DNA of 64,000 bases from Spirochaetia bacterium (GTDB taxonomy: Bacteria; Spirochaetota; Spirochaetia; UBA9216): assembly GCA_965140585.1 (NCBI GenBank), contig OZ223272.1, positions 416,001-480,000 of the forward strand, read 5' to 3'. The notes beneath the pieces were generated by a model. That model searched no databases, was not told where the DNA came from, and worked only from the letters and a program-made list of their open reading frames with translations. Positions 52,191-62,278 of this stretch are shown one piece after another. The first letter of the stretch is position 1, and each line of letters opens with the position of its first letter. The translations under genes and the position numbers were made by a program.

Positions 52191-52285
52191 GTATAACGTC
52201 CCGGGGTTATGTGACGTACGGCGATAGCCGTATGTGGCGCAGCCCGAGGAGCGCATAGCGACGACGCACATAGCCCCTGTTATAA
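52191..52285 (-). other. attC site 14
   Basis: gtataac...gttataa, 95 bp. Confidence 0.88.
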
Positions 52286-52375
52286 GCAGTAAGCCAGGCA
52301 TCCAGACCGTCCAACGGAGTTAGGTCTGGATTCTCTCATGTCTTTGTTTTATTAACCTTACTTTCTAAGGTTAAA

Positions 52376-53326
52376 TCAATGAAATATTCCTTTATTATCA
52401 ATTTGCTCTTTTTCGAGATAGCCACCGAAAACCCATCCAATTAATTCACCTTTTTTTATATATACCCATGGGTATTCCATATCATCAATATTATAAGCTA
52501 AAGGACTTACCCCAAGCATTTGTACTTCATCATTTTCTTGAAGCAATCCAATAATATTTGAATTTGTATTTGCTTCACTTCGTATTCTTAAATTCTTTGT
52601 ATTACAATACCCTTTATATGGGCGAGAATATCTATAATCTATAGAATATGCTCCTTTACTCTTCAATATCTTTACATATTCAGAATTTTCTCCATATTTA
52701 CTAACAGCAATGGCTAAAGTTGTCTTAAAATCATTCAATAAATTGATTTTATCTATTTTTACATTCATACTAATAAATATCTCAAAAGCTTCTAAATTGT
52801 TAGCTTCTAATGCTTCTTTTAATAAATCTACACTCAAGTAATTCATACTACTTGGGTCAAATCCATTTTCTATACACAATTTTAAAAACTTATTATTTTT
52901 TTCAATGATGGAATATAAAATTAATGTTTGAGGAAGATCTTCATCTGGCAACTCATCATATAAAGGAACCGCCCCAAGATTCAAAAAAAACTGAATTAAT
53001 TCCTCATTATTATTTTGACATGCGTAATACAAAGGAGTTTTCAAAACAGGATAGTATTCTTCCTCGAAATAGTTTATTTCCAAACCATCTTCTATAAATA
53101 GTTTAACTATTTCAGTTCTATTTTTCTCAAGAGCAGTTCTAAAAAATCTTACTTTTTCTGATGGTTCAATAAAATAATTGATTCTATTCTGATTTTCAAA
53201 AATCTCCTCCATCTTCATTATATCATTTTTAACAATTGCATCTCTCACTTCATCTGAATAATTAAATCTTTCAGCATATATTATTACACCGACTAACATA
53301 AAGAATAAAATCAATATCTTTTTCAT
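52376..53326 (-). CDS. Exported ankyrin-repeat protein with C-terminal bacterial SH3 domain
   Basis: TPLYYAC...LGA ankyrin pattern; NLRIRSEANTNSNIIG...GWVFGGYL. Confidence 0.8.
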   Translation of the reverse strand: MKKILILFFMLVGVIIYAERFNYSDEVRDAIVKNDIMKMEEIFENQNRINYFIEPSEKVRFFRTALEKNRTEIVKLFIEDGLEINYFEEEYYPVLKTPLYYACQNNNEELIQFFLNLGAVPLYDELPDEDLPQTLILYSIIEKNNKFLKLCIENGFDPSSMNYLSVDLLKEALEANNLEAFEIFISMNVKIDKINLLNDFKTTLAIAVSKYGENSEYVKILKSKGAYSIDYRYSRPYKGYCNTKNLRIRSEANTNSNIIGLLQENDEVQMLGVSPLAYNIDDMEYPWVYIKKGELIGWVFGGYLEKEQIDNKGIFH

Positions 53327-53404
53327 TTAATCTCCTTTTTGAAATTCAGTCTTATCGCCCGTCGGCCGGAGGCCCGGGCGTCTTCCTCTTGCCTGGCTTA
53401 TTGC

Positions 53405-53496
53405 TTATAACGTCCCGGGGTTATACGACGTTCGGCAAAGCCGAATGTGGCGCAGCCCGAAGCCCGAATGGGCGGAGCGTATAGCCCCTGTTATGC
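53405..53496 (-). other. attC site 15
   Basis: ttataac...gttatgc, 92 bp. Confidence 0.88.
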
Positions 53497-53887
53497 GACG
53501 TCGCCTTTATTAGAGAAAGATTCCGATCAATCAAACGATCTAAATAATCTCCTCTTACCATTTCTACCCAATATTCTATTCGCCCTTTGCGACTTTCACA
53601 ATCATTTTTATTTCACCTGCAAGTCAACGAGCAAAGCGAGTGTGGCAGACTTGCCAAACGGAAAAAACCTGTCATGCCCACGAAGCAGATTTTGATAATT
53701 ATAAGCCAATACTTTTTCTTTAACGTCAGAACAAACATCGTCCAACGCAACGACCTTCTTCTAACAACAACCAAATCTAAATCCAAAATCTTCCTCATTC
53801 CAGGGCGAATTGAATATTTCAAACTATTTGGTAATCACTTATGGTTCGGAACTTTCTCCACCCCAAGATCATGCTCCGGCGATGTCC
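53497..53887 (-). repeat. Non-coding cassette type A, copy 3
   Basis: In tandem with copy 4 (483-bp period). Confidence 0.87.
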
Positions 53888-53979
53888 GCATAACGTCCCG
53901 GGGTTATACGACGTTCGGCAAAGCCGAATGTGGCGCAGCCCGAAGCCCGAATGGGCGGAGCGTATAGCCCCTGTTATGC
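53888..53979 (-). other. attC site 16
   Basis: gcataac...gttatgc, 92 bp. Confidence 0.88.
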
Positions 53980-54370
53980 GACGTCGCCTTTATTAGAGAA
54001 AGATTCCGATCAATCAAACGATATAAATAATCTCCTCTTACCATTTCTACCCAATATTCTATTCGCCCTTTGCGACTTTCACAATCATTTTTATTTCACC
54101 TGCAAGTCAACGAGCAAAGCGAGTGTGGCAGACTTGCCAAACGGAAAAAACCTGTCATGCCCACGAAGCAGATTTTGATAATTATAAGCCAATACTTTTT
54201 CTTTAACGTCAGAACAAACATCGTCCAACGCAACGACCTTCTTCTAACAACAACCAAATCAAAATCCAAAATCTTCCTCATTCCAGGGCGAATTGAATAT
54301 TGCAAACTATTTGGTAATCACTTATGGTTCGGAACTTTCTCCACCCCAAGATCATGCTCCGGCGATGTCC
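53980..54370 (-). repeat. Non-coding cassette type A, copy 4
   Basis: Near-identical body. Confidence 0.87.
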
Positions 54371-54461
54371 GCATAACGTCCCGCGGTTATATGACGTTCG
54401 GCGTAGCCGAATGTGCCGCAGGCCGAGCCCGAATGGGCGAAGCAAATAACCGCTGTTATAT
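54371..54461 (-). other. attC site 17
   Basis: gcataac...gttatat, 91 bp. Confidence 0.88.
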
Positions 54462-54523
54462 GCTTTGGGCTCAACATCCAGACCGTTCAACGGAGTTAGG
54501 TCTGGATTCTTCTTTCTTTAAAA

Positions 54524-54817
54524 TTAACTAATCTTTCTTTTATCTACTAATTGTCCTGTAATATATTTATGAAGAACACTTTTTACAAAGGTTTGATATT
54601 TCAACCCTTCACTATCTGCGAATTCTTTAATCTTTTCCAATTCAAACTCATCAATTCTAATATTCATTTTTGTTTCTTTTTTTCTAAATTCACGAGCAGC
54701 ACTTTTAAACATTTTCTGTCTTTCAACCGTAGGCTTAGAAATATTTTGAATATCTATACTTTTTAAAGATTCTGCTAAATCTTTTTCTTCATCATCTAAA
54801 TATTTACCATCATTCAT
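54524..54817 (-). CDS. CopG/BrnA-like RHH antitoxin
   Basis: KMNIRI...KIKEFADSEGLKYQTFVKSVLHKY. Confidence 0.82.
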   Translation of the reverse strand: MNDGKYLDDEEKDLAESLKSIDIQNISKPTVERQKMFKSAAREFRKKETKMNIRIDEFELEKIKEFADSEGLKYQTFVKSVLHKYITGQLVDKRKIS

Positions 54818-55088
54818 CTTTTACCTCCTCTATTAAATATAAGAAATCTCTATTTGGAAAAATTGTCTTTAAAAAAATTTCTTCTTCATCTAATACATAC
54901 GGGACACAATATGTATAATCATTTAAATTTACTACCATAATCATTTGATTTGGGTATTTTTCCCGGTTCGGATGCTGAAAATCTAAAAGAACGCCTTCAT
55001 TCTCTATTACTTCAATTATCTGATTAAATGTTATTCCTCGAGTCTTAAATAACAACTCATTCTTTTCAGCATTAAAATTGAACACCAT
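54810..55088 (-). CDS. BrnT-like toxin
   Basis: FNAEKNELL..TRGITF, HPNREKYPNQ, FLKTIFPNR. Confidence 0.82.
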   Translation of the reverse strand: MVFNFNAEKNELLFKTRGITFNQIIEVIENEGVLLDFQHPNREKYPNQMIMVVNLNDYTYCVPYVLDEEEIFLKTIFPNRDFLYLIEEVKDE

Positions 55089-55094
55089 ATTATC

Positions 55095-55124
55095 AGTATA
55101 CCCCCATTGTGCGCACATAGTCAA
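55095..55124 (-). promoter_or_regulatory. Promoter of the BrnT-like TA pair (probably leaderless mRNA)
   Basis: TTGACT-18-TATACT, 6 nt before the ATG; TGTGCGCACA palindrome in the spacer. Confidence 0.65.
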
Positions 55125-55204
55125 TCTATTTTAATTTAATCTAATCTTGACTCTACGCCCGTCGGCCGGAGGTCCGGGCGTCTTTTTCTTGTTGAGCCCA
55201 TTGC

Positions 55205-55382
55205 ATATAACGTCCGCGGTTATGTGATGTTTTGTGGTCGGCCCTACAGGCCGATTGGCAACTCTTTTGCATTCAGCGCCTTTACCCTCTATCTTGCTAC
55301 TACTTCGCAAAAGTGATGCCAAAACAAAATATGCCGCAGGCCAAGGAGCGTTTAGCGACGCCGCACATAGCCGCTGTTATAC
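55205..55382 (-). other. attC site 18 (long, linked to type B)
   Basis: atataac...gttatac, 178 bp. Confidence 0.82.
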
Positions 55383-55765
55383 GCCGTCACAAAATAAAGA
55401 AAGTTGTTTATCATCATCACAATCTAAACAATTCTTTTACTTTTCAAATATCTATAATATTCTATTCGACCATACTGACTTTCACAATCTTTTTTATTTA
55501 CTCCGCAAAATAACGAGCTTTGCGAGTGGGCCAGTTTTGCATAAACGTTTCTGCATGCCCCAGCCCCGTACAGATTTTGATAATTCCAAAGCCAAAACTC
55601 TTTCATAAAACGTCAGAAAAAAGTCGTTGTTTGAATTTTTTCTTCATCAAAATAAAAATCAAAATCTGAAATCAGATCTTAGTCGAACAGAATATTGCCA
55701 ACTTATTATTTCATTATTAAGTGCAGCAACTTTCTTCCACCCAATATCCTTGCCAAAGTGATGGA
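55383..55765 (-). repeat. Non-coding cassette type B, copy 2
   Basis: Near-identical to the other type B copies. Confidence 0.85.
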
Positions 55766-55857
55766 GTATAACGTCCCGGGGTTATACGACGTTCGGCAAA
55801 GCCGAATGTGGCGCAGCCCGAAGCCCGAATGGGCGGAGCGTATAGCCCCTGTTATGC
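55766..55857 (-). other. attC site 19
   Basis: gtataac...gttatgc, 92 bp. Confidence 0.88.
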
Positions 55858-56248
55858 GACGTCGCCTTTATTAGAGAAAGATTTCGATCAATCAAACGAT
55901 CTAAATAATCTCCTCTTACCATTTCTACCCAATATTCTATTCGCCCTTTGCGACTTTCACAATCATTTTTATCTCACCTGCAAGTCAACGAGCAAAGCGA
56001 GTGTGGCAGACTTGCCAAACGGAAAAAACCTGTCATGCCCACGAAGCAGATTTTGATAATTATAAGCCAATACTTTTTCTTTAACGTCAGAACAAACATA
56101 GTCCAACGCAACGACCTTCTTCTAACAACAACCAAATCTAAATCCAAAATCTTCCTCATTCCAGGGCGAATTGAATATTGCAAACTATTTGGTAATCACT
56201 TATGGTTCGGAACTTTCTCCACCCCAAGATCATGCTCCGGCGATGTCC
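55858..56248 (-). repeat. Non-coding cassette type A, copy 5
   Basis: Near-identical body. Confidence 0.87.
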
Positions 56249-56343
56249 GCATAACGTCCCGGGGTTATGTGACGTATGGCGAAAGCCGTATGTGGCGGAG
56301 CCCGAGGAGCGTATAGCGACGAAGCACATAGCCCCTGTTATCT
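56249..56343 (-). other. attC site 20
   Basis: gcataac...gttatct, 95 bp. Confidence 0.88.
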
Positions 56344-56454
56344 GCAGTGTTTCCGCCTCTTCGGCCAGACCGTTCGGCGGAGCCAGGACTGGCCTCTTTC
56401 CTAATCTATTCTCCTCTTCTCAGCTTTTCAAATTCATAAACACTTTTGAATTAA

Positions 56455-56931
56455 TTAAAAATATATTGATAACCCTAACGGTAAGACGAAGAAACTATCT
56501 TCTCCACCATCATAAATTTCATTTGTGATATAATTAGCTTTTAAATACATGAATAATTTCCATTTTTCAACAATCATAAACTGAAGCTGCATTCCACCAA
56601 TCAAGTACAGCTCACTAAACGCATTTTCTCCCGGATGAAAATCAGTTCCAATTCCAGCTTGTAATAATGCATTCAATCTTGGAGTAAACTCTAACGAATA
56701 TCGATAAGTTGTAGAAATTATTGATTGTGGACCCCAATGCCCTGATAACATTAAAATATTATTATTAATTTTATATCCAACACAAGTTTCAGAATATGCA
56801 AAAACACCATCAAAAGATTCTTCTTCAAGTGGTATACTTGTAACTCCTCCTAATTCAAAAACAACCTTATTTTCTCCGAAAGCGAACGAATTACTCAACA
56901 ATAACATTAAAAAAACAAATACCTTTTTCAT
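56455..56931 (-). CDS. Exported hypothetical protein, possible small outer-membrane beta-barrel
   Basis: Signal peptide; C-terminal GLSIYF. Confidence 0.6.
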   Translation of the reverse strand: MKKVFVFLMLLLSNSFAFGENKVVFELGGVTSIPLEEESFDGVFAYSETCVGYKINNNILMLSGHWGPQSIISTTYRYSLEFTPRLNALLQAGIGTDFHPGENAFSELYLIGGMQLQFMIVEKWKLFMYLKANYITNEIYDGGEDSFFVLPLGLSIYF

Positions 56932-57065
56932 AATTTTTCTTCCTCTATAATTTTTATAAATTTGTATTTAATATATCACCTTTAATTAAAGATGCTTGAA
57001 ATTTCTATATTTTCTTCGCCCGTCGGCCGGAGGTCCGGGCGTCTTCCTCTTGGCGGAAACATTGC

Positions 57066-57159
57066 AGATAACGTCCCGGGGTTATGTGACGTTCGGCAAA
57101 GCCGAATGTGGCGGAGCCCGAGGAGCGTATAGCGACGAAGCACATAGCCCCTGTTATCT
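57066..57159 (-). other. attC site 21
   Basis: agataac...gttatct, 94 bp. Confidence 0.88.
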
Positions 57160-57214
57160 GCTTTGTTTCCGCCTCTTCGACCAGACCGTACGGTGGAGCC
57201 AGGGCTAGTCTCTT

Positions 57215-58090
57215 TTAACCCTTAACTACAATCTTTGTTCCAACCCCACCTTCTTTATATATTTCTCTTAATTCTTCTCTAAAATAATCTATTCCAAGAT
57301 CTCCAGAACTATGCATTGGATATAACATTTTTAAAGGTAGCTCTTGAAATCTTTTTTTAGTAAATTCTAATAATTCCTCATTGGCCTGATATAATTGTAA
57401 ACCACCGATTATAGCAATTATATTATCATCACCATTCTTCTTAATATGTTCTATAGTATTTACTATTCCCGAATGACAACAACCACATACTATGATTTTT
57501 TTATTTTCTTCAAGTTCAATCACCAAAGAAATATCATCATCTATCTCATCCTGTTTTTCTTTTCCATTTTCTCTTGTAACAACTTGTTTTAATATTGGAT
57601 TGAGATCTTCTACCTTATTCGTCCTTGATATTTCTCCAGTAGTCCAGATATATTCATTCAAATTATAACGTTCTTTACTCTCGTATATTCTTCCCCTATT
57701 TCTTAGCTCATTAATTTTGGATAATTCTTTAATTCCAACGTTATTTTCTGAGCCATCATCTAATTTTAAGATTTTTTCGTTAAATATGCCTGGATGGCAG
57801 ATTATTTTTGTTTTTTCATTTGAATTATTGTAAGCATATAATAGCCCTCCTGTATGATCAAAATGACCATGACTAAGAACTATATAATCTATATCACTAA
57901 TCTCTAAACCCAGCTTTTTGAGATTAACTTCTAATCTTTCATTTTCAGGTCCTGTATCAAACAATATTTTAATAATGCTTCCATCATCGAATAAGTTTTC
58001 TATTAATGCAGAAAAACCACCGGGAGCATATTCATCTCCAATTAAGGATTTATTATCAACTATAATTGTAATATTCACTTTTTTGATCAT
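57215..58090 (-). CDS. MBL-fold metallo-hydrolase (MJ0448/DHPS-like subgroup)
   Basis: ILFDTG, LSHGHFDHTGG, GCCHSG, GG.., PMHSSG. Confidence 0.85.
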   Translation of the reverse strand: MIKKVNITIIVDNKSLIGDEYAPGGFSALIENLFDDGSIIKILFDTGPENERLEVNLKKLGLEISDIDYIVLSHGHFDHTGGLLYAYNNSNEKTKIICHPGIFNEKILKLDDGSENNVGIKELSKINELRNRGRIYESKERYNLNEYIWTTGEISRTNKVEDLNPILKQVVTRENGKEKQDEIDDDISLVIELEENKKIIVCGCCHSGIVNTIEHIKKNGDDNIIAIIGGLQLYQANEELLEFTKKRFQELPLKMLYPMHSSGDLGIDYFREELREIYKEGGVGTKIVVKG

Positions 58091-58199
58091 TTATATACTC
58101 ACCTCTTTTCCATATTCTATGTACCAATAATTTAAATTACACTTTCTAATAGCCCGTCGGCCGGAGGTCCGGGCGTCTTTCTCTTGGCGGAAACATTGC

Positions 58200-58287
58200 A
58201 GATAACGTCCCGGGCATATGCGAAGTTGGCCGCAGGCCAATTTGGGCGAAGGGGCTTGACCCCGTAGCCGCATGTGCCCTGTTATGC
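58200..58287 (-). other. attC site 22
   Basis: agataac...gggcatatgcg/cgcatgtgccc...gttatgc, 88 bp. Confidence 0.85.
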
Positions 58288-58678
58288 GACGTCGCCTTTA
58301 TTAGAGAAAGATTCCGATCAATCAAACGATCTAAATAATCTCCTCTTACCATTTCTACCCAATATTCTATTCGCCCTTTGCGACTTTCACAATCATTTTT
58401 ATTTCACCTGCAAGTCAACGAGCAAAGCGAGTGTGGCAGACTTGCCAAACGGAAAAAACCTGTCATGCCCACGAAGCAGATTTTGATAATTATAAGCCAA
58501 TACTTTTTCTTTAACGTCAGAACAAACATCGTCCAACGCAACGACCTTCTTCTAACAACAACCAAATCAAAATCCAAAATCTTCCTCATTCCAGGGCGAA
58601 TTGAATATTGCAAACTATTTGGTAATCACTTATGGTTCGGAACTTTCTCCACCCCAAGATCATGCTCCGGCGATGTCC
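58288..58678 (-). repeat. Non-coding cassette type A, copy 6
   Basis: Body near-identical to copy 4 but with a different attC. Confidence 0.87.
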
Positions 58679-58772
58679 GCATAACGTCCCGGGGTTATGT
58701 GACGTACGGCGAAGCCGTATGTGGCGCAGCCCGAGGAGCGCATAGCGACGATGCACATAGCCCCTGTTATCT
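58679..58772 (-). other. attC site 23
   Basis: gcataac...gttatct, 94 bp. Confidence 0.88.
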
Positions 58773-58848
58773 GAAGTGCCCCCGCTCTTCAACCCAACCG
58801 CACGGCGGAGTCAAGGTTGGGTTTCTTTGAACATCTTCAACATTTCTT

Positions 58849-59355
58849 TTAATCAATTATTTTCCCCATCAATAACGCTCCATAGTATCTTCCATTTATT
58901 AAGAACTCACGCTTTTGATTTCCTTCTACCTCAAAACCAATTTTTTCATATAATTTAACAGCCCTGAAATTATCTTCTTTTACTTTTAAATTAATCTTAG
59001 TTTTATCATTCTGTTTAGCCCATAATAATAGAGAAGAAATCATTTCAGTTGCAATCCCTTCTCCCCAATATTGCTTTAAAACATAAACACTAAACTCACC
59101 AACATGTTTATTTCTTTTTCGCCCACCTGATATAAAATATAAACTTCCTATAATTTCGTCCTTATATTCTGCAACTATACAATAATGATTTGAGCTATCT
59201 ATACAATCCTGAACAAGTTCCTTTTCTCTTTCAAATGTTGATATTATTTCTCCAGCACTAAAAGATAATTCATCTGATTCAGTTGCAATTTTATCCATTA
59301 AGATTTTTCTCTTCTCGATATCGTATGATTCAATCTTTCTAATATTATAATCCAT
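58849..59355 (-). CDS. GNAT acetyltransferase cassette
   Basis: HVGEFSVYVLKQYWGEGIAT, NFRAVKLYEKIGF; start uncertain. Confidence 0.88.
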   Translation of the reverse strand: MDYNIRKIESYDIEKRKILMDKIATESDELSFSAGEIISTFEREKELVQDCIDSSNHYCIVAEYKDEIIGSLYFISGGRKRNKHVGEFSVYVLKQYWGEGIATEMISSLLLWAKQNDKTKINLKVKEDNFRAVKLYEKIGFEVEGNQKREFLINGRYYGALLMGKIID

Positions 59356-59468
59356 TTCTTCTTCTTTTTTATTCACTCTCAGATTTTACCATTTTTTTTG
59401 AAATAATCTAAAACTCTTTTTCGCCCGTCGGCCGGAGGTCCGGGCGATTTCTCCCAAGGGGGCATTTC

Positions 59469-59617
59469 AGATAACGGCCCCAGCATAACCGAAGTTGAAG
59501 TGCAACCAAAGGAGTGTTTTGCCCAAAGAGCAAAACCGACTGTCCCTGCTCTCCTTCTCCGCAAGCTTCAATTTGGGTGGAGGCCGAATGGCCGGAACCG
59601 GTTATGGTGTGTTATGT
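59469..59617 (-). other. attC site 24 (expanded arm)
   Basis: agataac...cataaccg/cggttatg...gttatgt, 149 bp. Confidence 0.8.
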
Positions 59618-59740
59618 GCTTTGAGCCCGACATCCAGACCGTTCAACGGAGTTAGGTCTGGATTCTTCATTTATCCAGCTTAAAATTACATTTAATGAAA
59701 TTAAAAACATCAAATAATTTTCTTATAAACTGTATCTTTT

Positions 59741-60622
59741 TTATCCATAATATTTATTTGTAATGATATCATAAAGCTCCTTTTTATATGATTCAGCTTT
59801 ATTTATAAAAGCTTTTTCAACTAATTCTTTTTTCTTTTCATTATTTAAACCTGGAAGATTCGTCATATTAAGCAATCTCTTCAATTCTTCATCAGATAAA
59901 ACTCGTACAACCCAATCTAAATCTTCATTAGCCAAAGCTTTCATTATTTTCTTCTTGATTTTTCGGTTGTACTCAACGGTTTTTATTTTTTCTATAAAAT
60001 TAATTATTCCATATTTAACCAAATCGTACATTAAGGCACCGGTCACAGAAAAGATTAAGGCTTGAATGACATAGTCACCTTCTCCTCCTTTCTCTTCTGG
60101 CATTTCAAGTGTGAGATCTAGTAATCTCTTTAAATATCTATATTTCTCATTATCACAATTATAAAAAGAATTAACAATTTCAATTTCGATTTTATGTACT
60201 TGGGAAAGATTATCTATTTCTTCTAAACTTATCAATGCAACTTCTTTAATAGCGAGATCTATTTCCCTTTTTAATTCTTTCCAAAAATAATCGTAGAAAT
60301 AATACCCCATACTCATTTGTATTTCTATGATAAATTCTTCCTCGCAAACTTCACATTTAACATTCATCTTTAACTTTTCTTGAAAAGTCTCTATTAAGAT
60401 TTCACTTATATCCACTATTTCTATTTCTTCATTTTTATATTCTTCATGCAATGATTTGATAAAGGAAACAGTTTTTTTATTAATATTCTCATAATAATTA
60501 TTCAACAAATCTATACTGTCAAAAACAACAAACTTTCCAGAATTAAAAATATATTTAACAGATTCATCTAATGGCTTTAGTTTTTTACTTCTACATTTTG
60601 GACATTGATTATCATAAAACAT
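59741..60622 (-). CDS. Hypothetical protein with split CxxC...CxxC zinc ribbon
   Basis: CPKC and CEVC; fills the cassette. Confidence 0.7.
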   Translation of the reverse strand: MFYDNQCPKCRSKKLKPLDESVKYIFNSGKFVVFDSIDLLNNYYENINKKTVSFIKSLHEEYKNEEIEIVDISEILIETFQEKLKMNVKCEVCEEEFIIEIQMSMGYYFYDYFWKELKREIDLAIKEVALISLEEIDNLSQVHKIEIEIVNSFYNCDNEKYRYLKRLLDLTLEMPEEKGGEGDYVIQALIFSVTGALMYDLVKYGIINFIEKIKTVEYNRKIKKKIMKALANEDLDWVVRVLSDEELKRLLNMTNLPGLNNEKKKELVEKAFINKAESYKKELYDIITNKYYG

Positions 60623-60709
60623 TTCATTAACCCCTTCCTTTATTTATAATCTTTTCTCTTCGCCCGTCGGCCGGAGGTCCGGGCGTCTTCTTCTTGTCGG
60701 GCTCATTGC

Positions 60710-60801
60710 ACATAACGTTCCGGGGTTATACGACGTTCGGCGCAGCCGAATGTGGCGCAGCCCGGAGCCCGAATGGGCGGAGCGTATAGCCCCTGTTATG
60801 T
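60710..60801 (-). other. attC site 25
   Basis: acataac...gttatgt, 92 bp. Confidence 0.88.
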
Positions 60802-60879
60802 TCAGTAAAAAGGCAGGCCTCCAACTTTAAAGGAGAACTTGTACACGGATGTACAAGTTCTCTCTTTTCATCTTCAAAT

Positions 60880-61566
60880 TCATACATTAAATGCATTTCC
60901 TTTTCCTAAATTACATTCTCTACACTTTGTTTCTAAATTCTCAGGAATGGTTTCTCCTCCTTTTGACCAAGGAAGAATATGATCAACATGTAATTCAACA
61001 CCCAATTCTTTCATTGGACTTCTACCACATTTCTTACATGTAAATCCATCTCGCATCAATATCTTAAAACGTAACCTATCTGAAATTTCTCGTTTTGTTT
61101 TATGAACTATTTGCTGCTTTGATTCTTGCTTAATGATTTCATCTTTCTTTTCTTCGACATCTTCTTCGCTATCATCAGCATTTATAAAAACAACAAATTG
61201 TTCTAAAGCTTTCATCCATGAACCGAATCGACTCTCATATGGTTTTGTAGAAAATGCAGAAAGTGGCTTTTTTATTTCTGAATATCTCGGTTGTCTCCCA
61301 AGTTTTATCCAAACATTTTCTATGTTCTTAAATAATTCTTTTTCCGTAATATTCACTTTTCTATTTATTCTTAATCCTGCTTTCTCTAATGCATCAGTCC
61401 AAGACCCAAATCTATTTTGCAACGTATGATGATTATATTTTCCATACTGTTCATATTCCGCAATTGTAACACTATCTTTTTCTAATGTTTTTGATACTTT
61501 CTTTAAATCTTCTAATAATTTTTCATCTGAGATATTCCTATTGTATTCTTCTAATTCAAACATCAT
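60880..61566 (-). CDS. HNH endonuclease with two homing-endonuclease-associated repeats
   Basis: RFGSW..AL twice; RDGFTCKKCG, HVDHILPWSKGG, NLETKCRECN. Confidence 0.9.
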   Translation of the reverse strand: MMFELEEYNRNISDEKLLEDLKKVSKTLEKDSVTIAEYEQYGKYNHHTLQNRFGSWTDALEKAGLRINRKVNITEKELFKNIENVWIKLGRQPRYSEIKKPLSAFSTKPYESRFGSWMKALEQFVVFINADDSEEDVEEKKDEIIKQESKQQIVHKTKREISDRLRFKILMRDGFTCKKCGRSPMKELGVELHVDHILPWSKGGETIPENLETKCRECNLGKGNAFNV

Positions 61567-61633
61567 TTTCTCATTATACCTTTTTTGGGCCAGGACGGCC
61601 CAAAAACACCCTCCGAAGCCGCCTTTTTATTGA

Positions 61634-61810
61634 ACATAACGTCCGCGGTTATGTGATGTTTTGTGGTCGGCCCTACAGGCCGATTGGCAACTCTTTTGCA
61701 TTCAGCGCCTTTACCCTCTATCTTTCTCCATTTCGCAAAAGTGGTGACAAAACAAAATATGCCGCAGGCCAAGGAGCGTCTAGCGACGCCGCACATAGCC
61801 GCTGTTATAC
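61634..61810 (-). other. attC site 26 (long, linked to type B)
   Basis: acataac...gttatac, 177 bp. Confidence 0.82.
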
Positions 61811-62195
61811 GCCGTCACAAAATAAAGAAAGTTGTACATCATCTTCACAATCTAAACATTTCTTTCACATTTCAAACTTCTTTAATATTCTATTCGACCA
61901 TACTGACTTTCACAATCTTTTTTATTTACTCCGCAAAATAACGAGCTTTGCGAGTGGGCCAGTTTTGCATAAACGTTTCTGTATGCCCCAGCCCCGTACA
62001 GATTTTGATAATTCCAAAGCCAAAACTCTTTCATAGAACGTCAGAAAAAAGTCATTGTTTGAAATTTTTCTTCATCAAAACAAAAATCAAAATCTGAAAT
62101 CAGATCTTAGTCGAACAGAATATTGCCAACTTATTATTTCATTATTTAAGCGCAGCAACTTTCTTCCACCCCATATCCTTGCCCAAAGTGATGGA
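61811..62195 (-). repeat. Non-coding cassette type B, copy 3
   Basis: Near-identical to the other type B copies. Confidence 0.85.
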
Positions 62196-62278
62196 GTATA
62201 ACGTCCCGGGGTTAAGCGAAGTTGCGCAGCAATTTAGGCGTAGGCCGAATGGCCGGAGCCGCTTAACCCCTGTTATGC
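62196..62278 (-). other. attC site 27
   Basis: gtataac...gttatgc, 83 bp. Confidence 0.88.

Noticed and set aside
54180-54215. Sigma70 promoter inside type A (minus strand TATAAT)
   Set aside because: No well-spaced -35 element, and TATAAT is not kept in type B; cannot be supported, though not excluded.
57215-58090. Metallo-beta-lactamase resistance gene
   Set aside because: No signal peptide, and the motifs fit the cytoplasmic MJ0448-like MBL-fold group.
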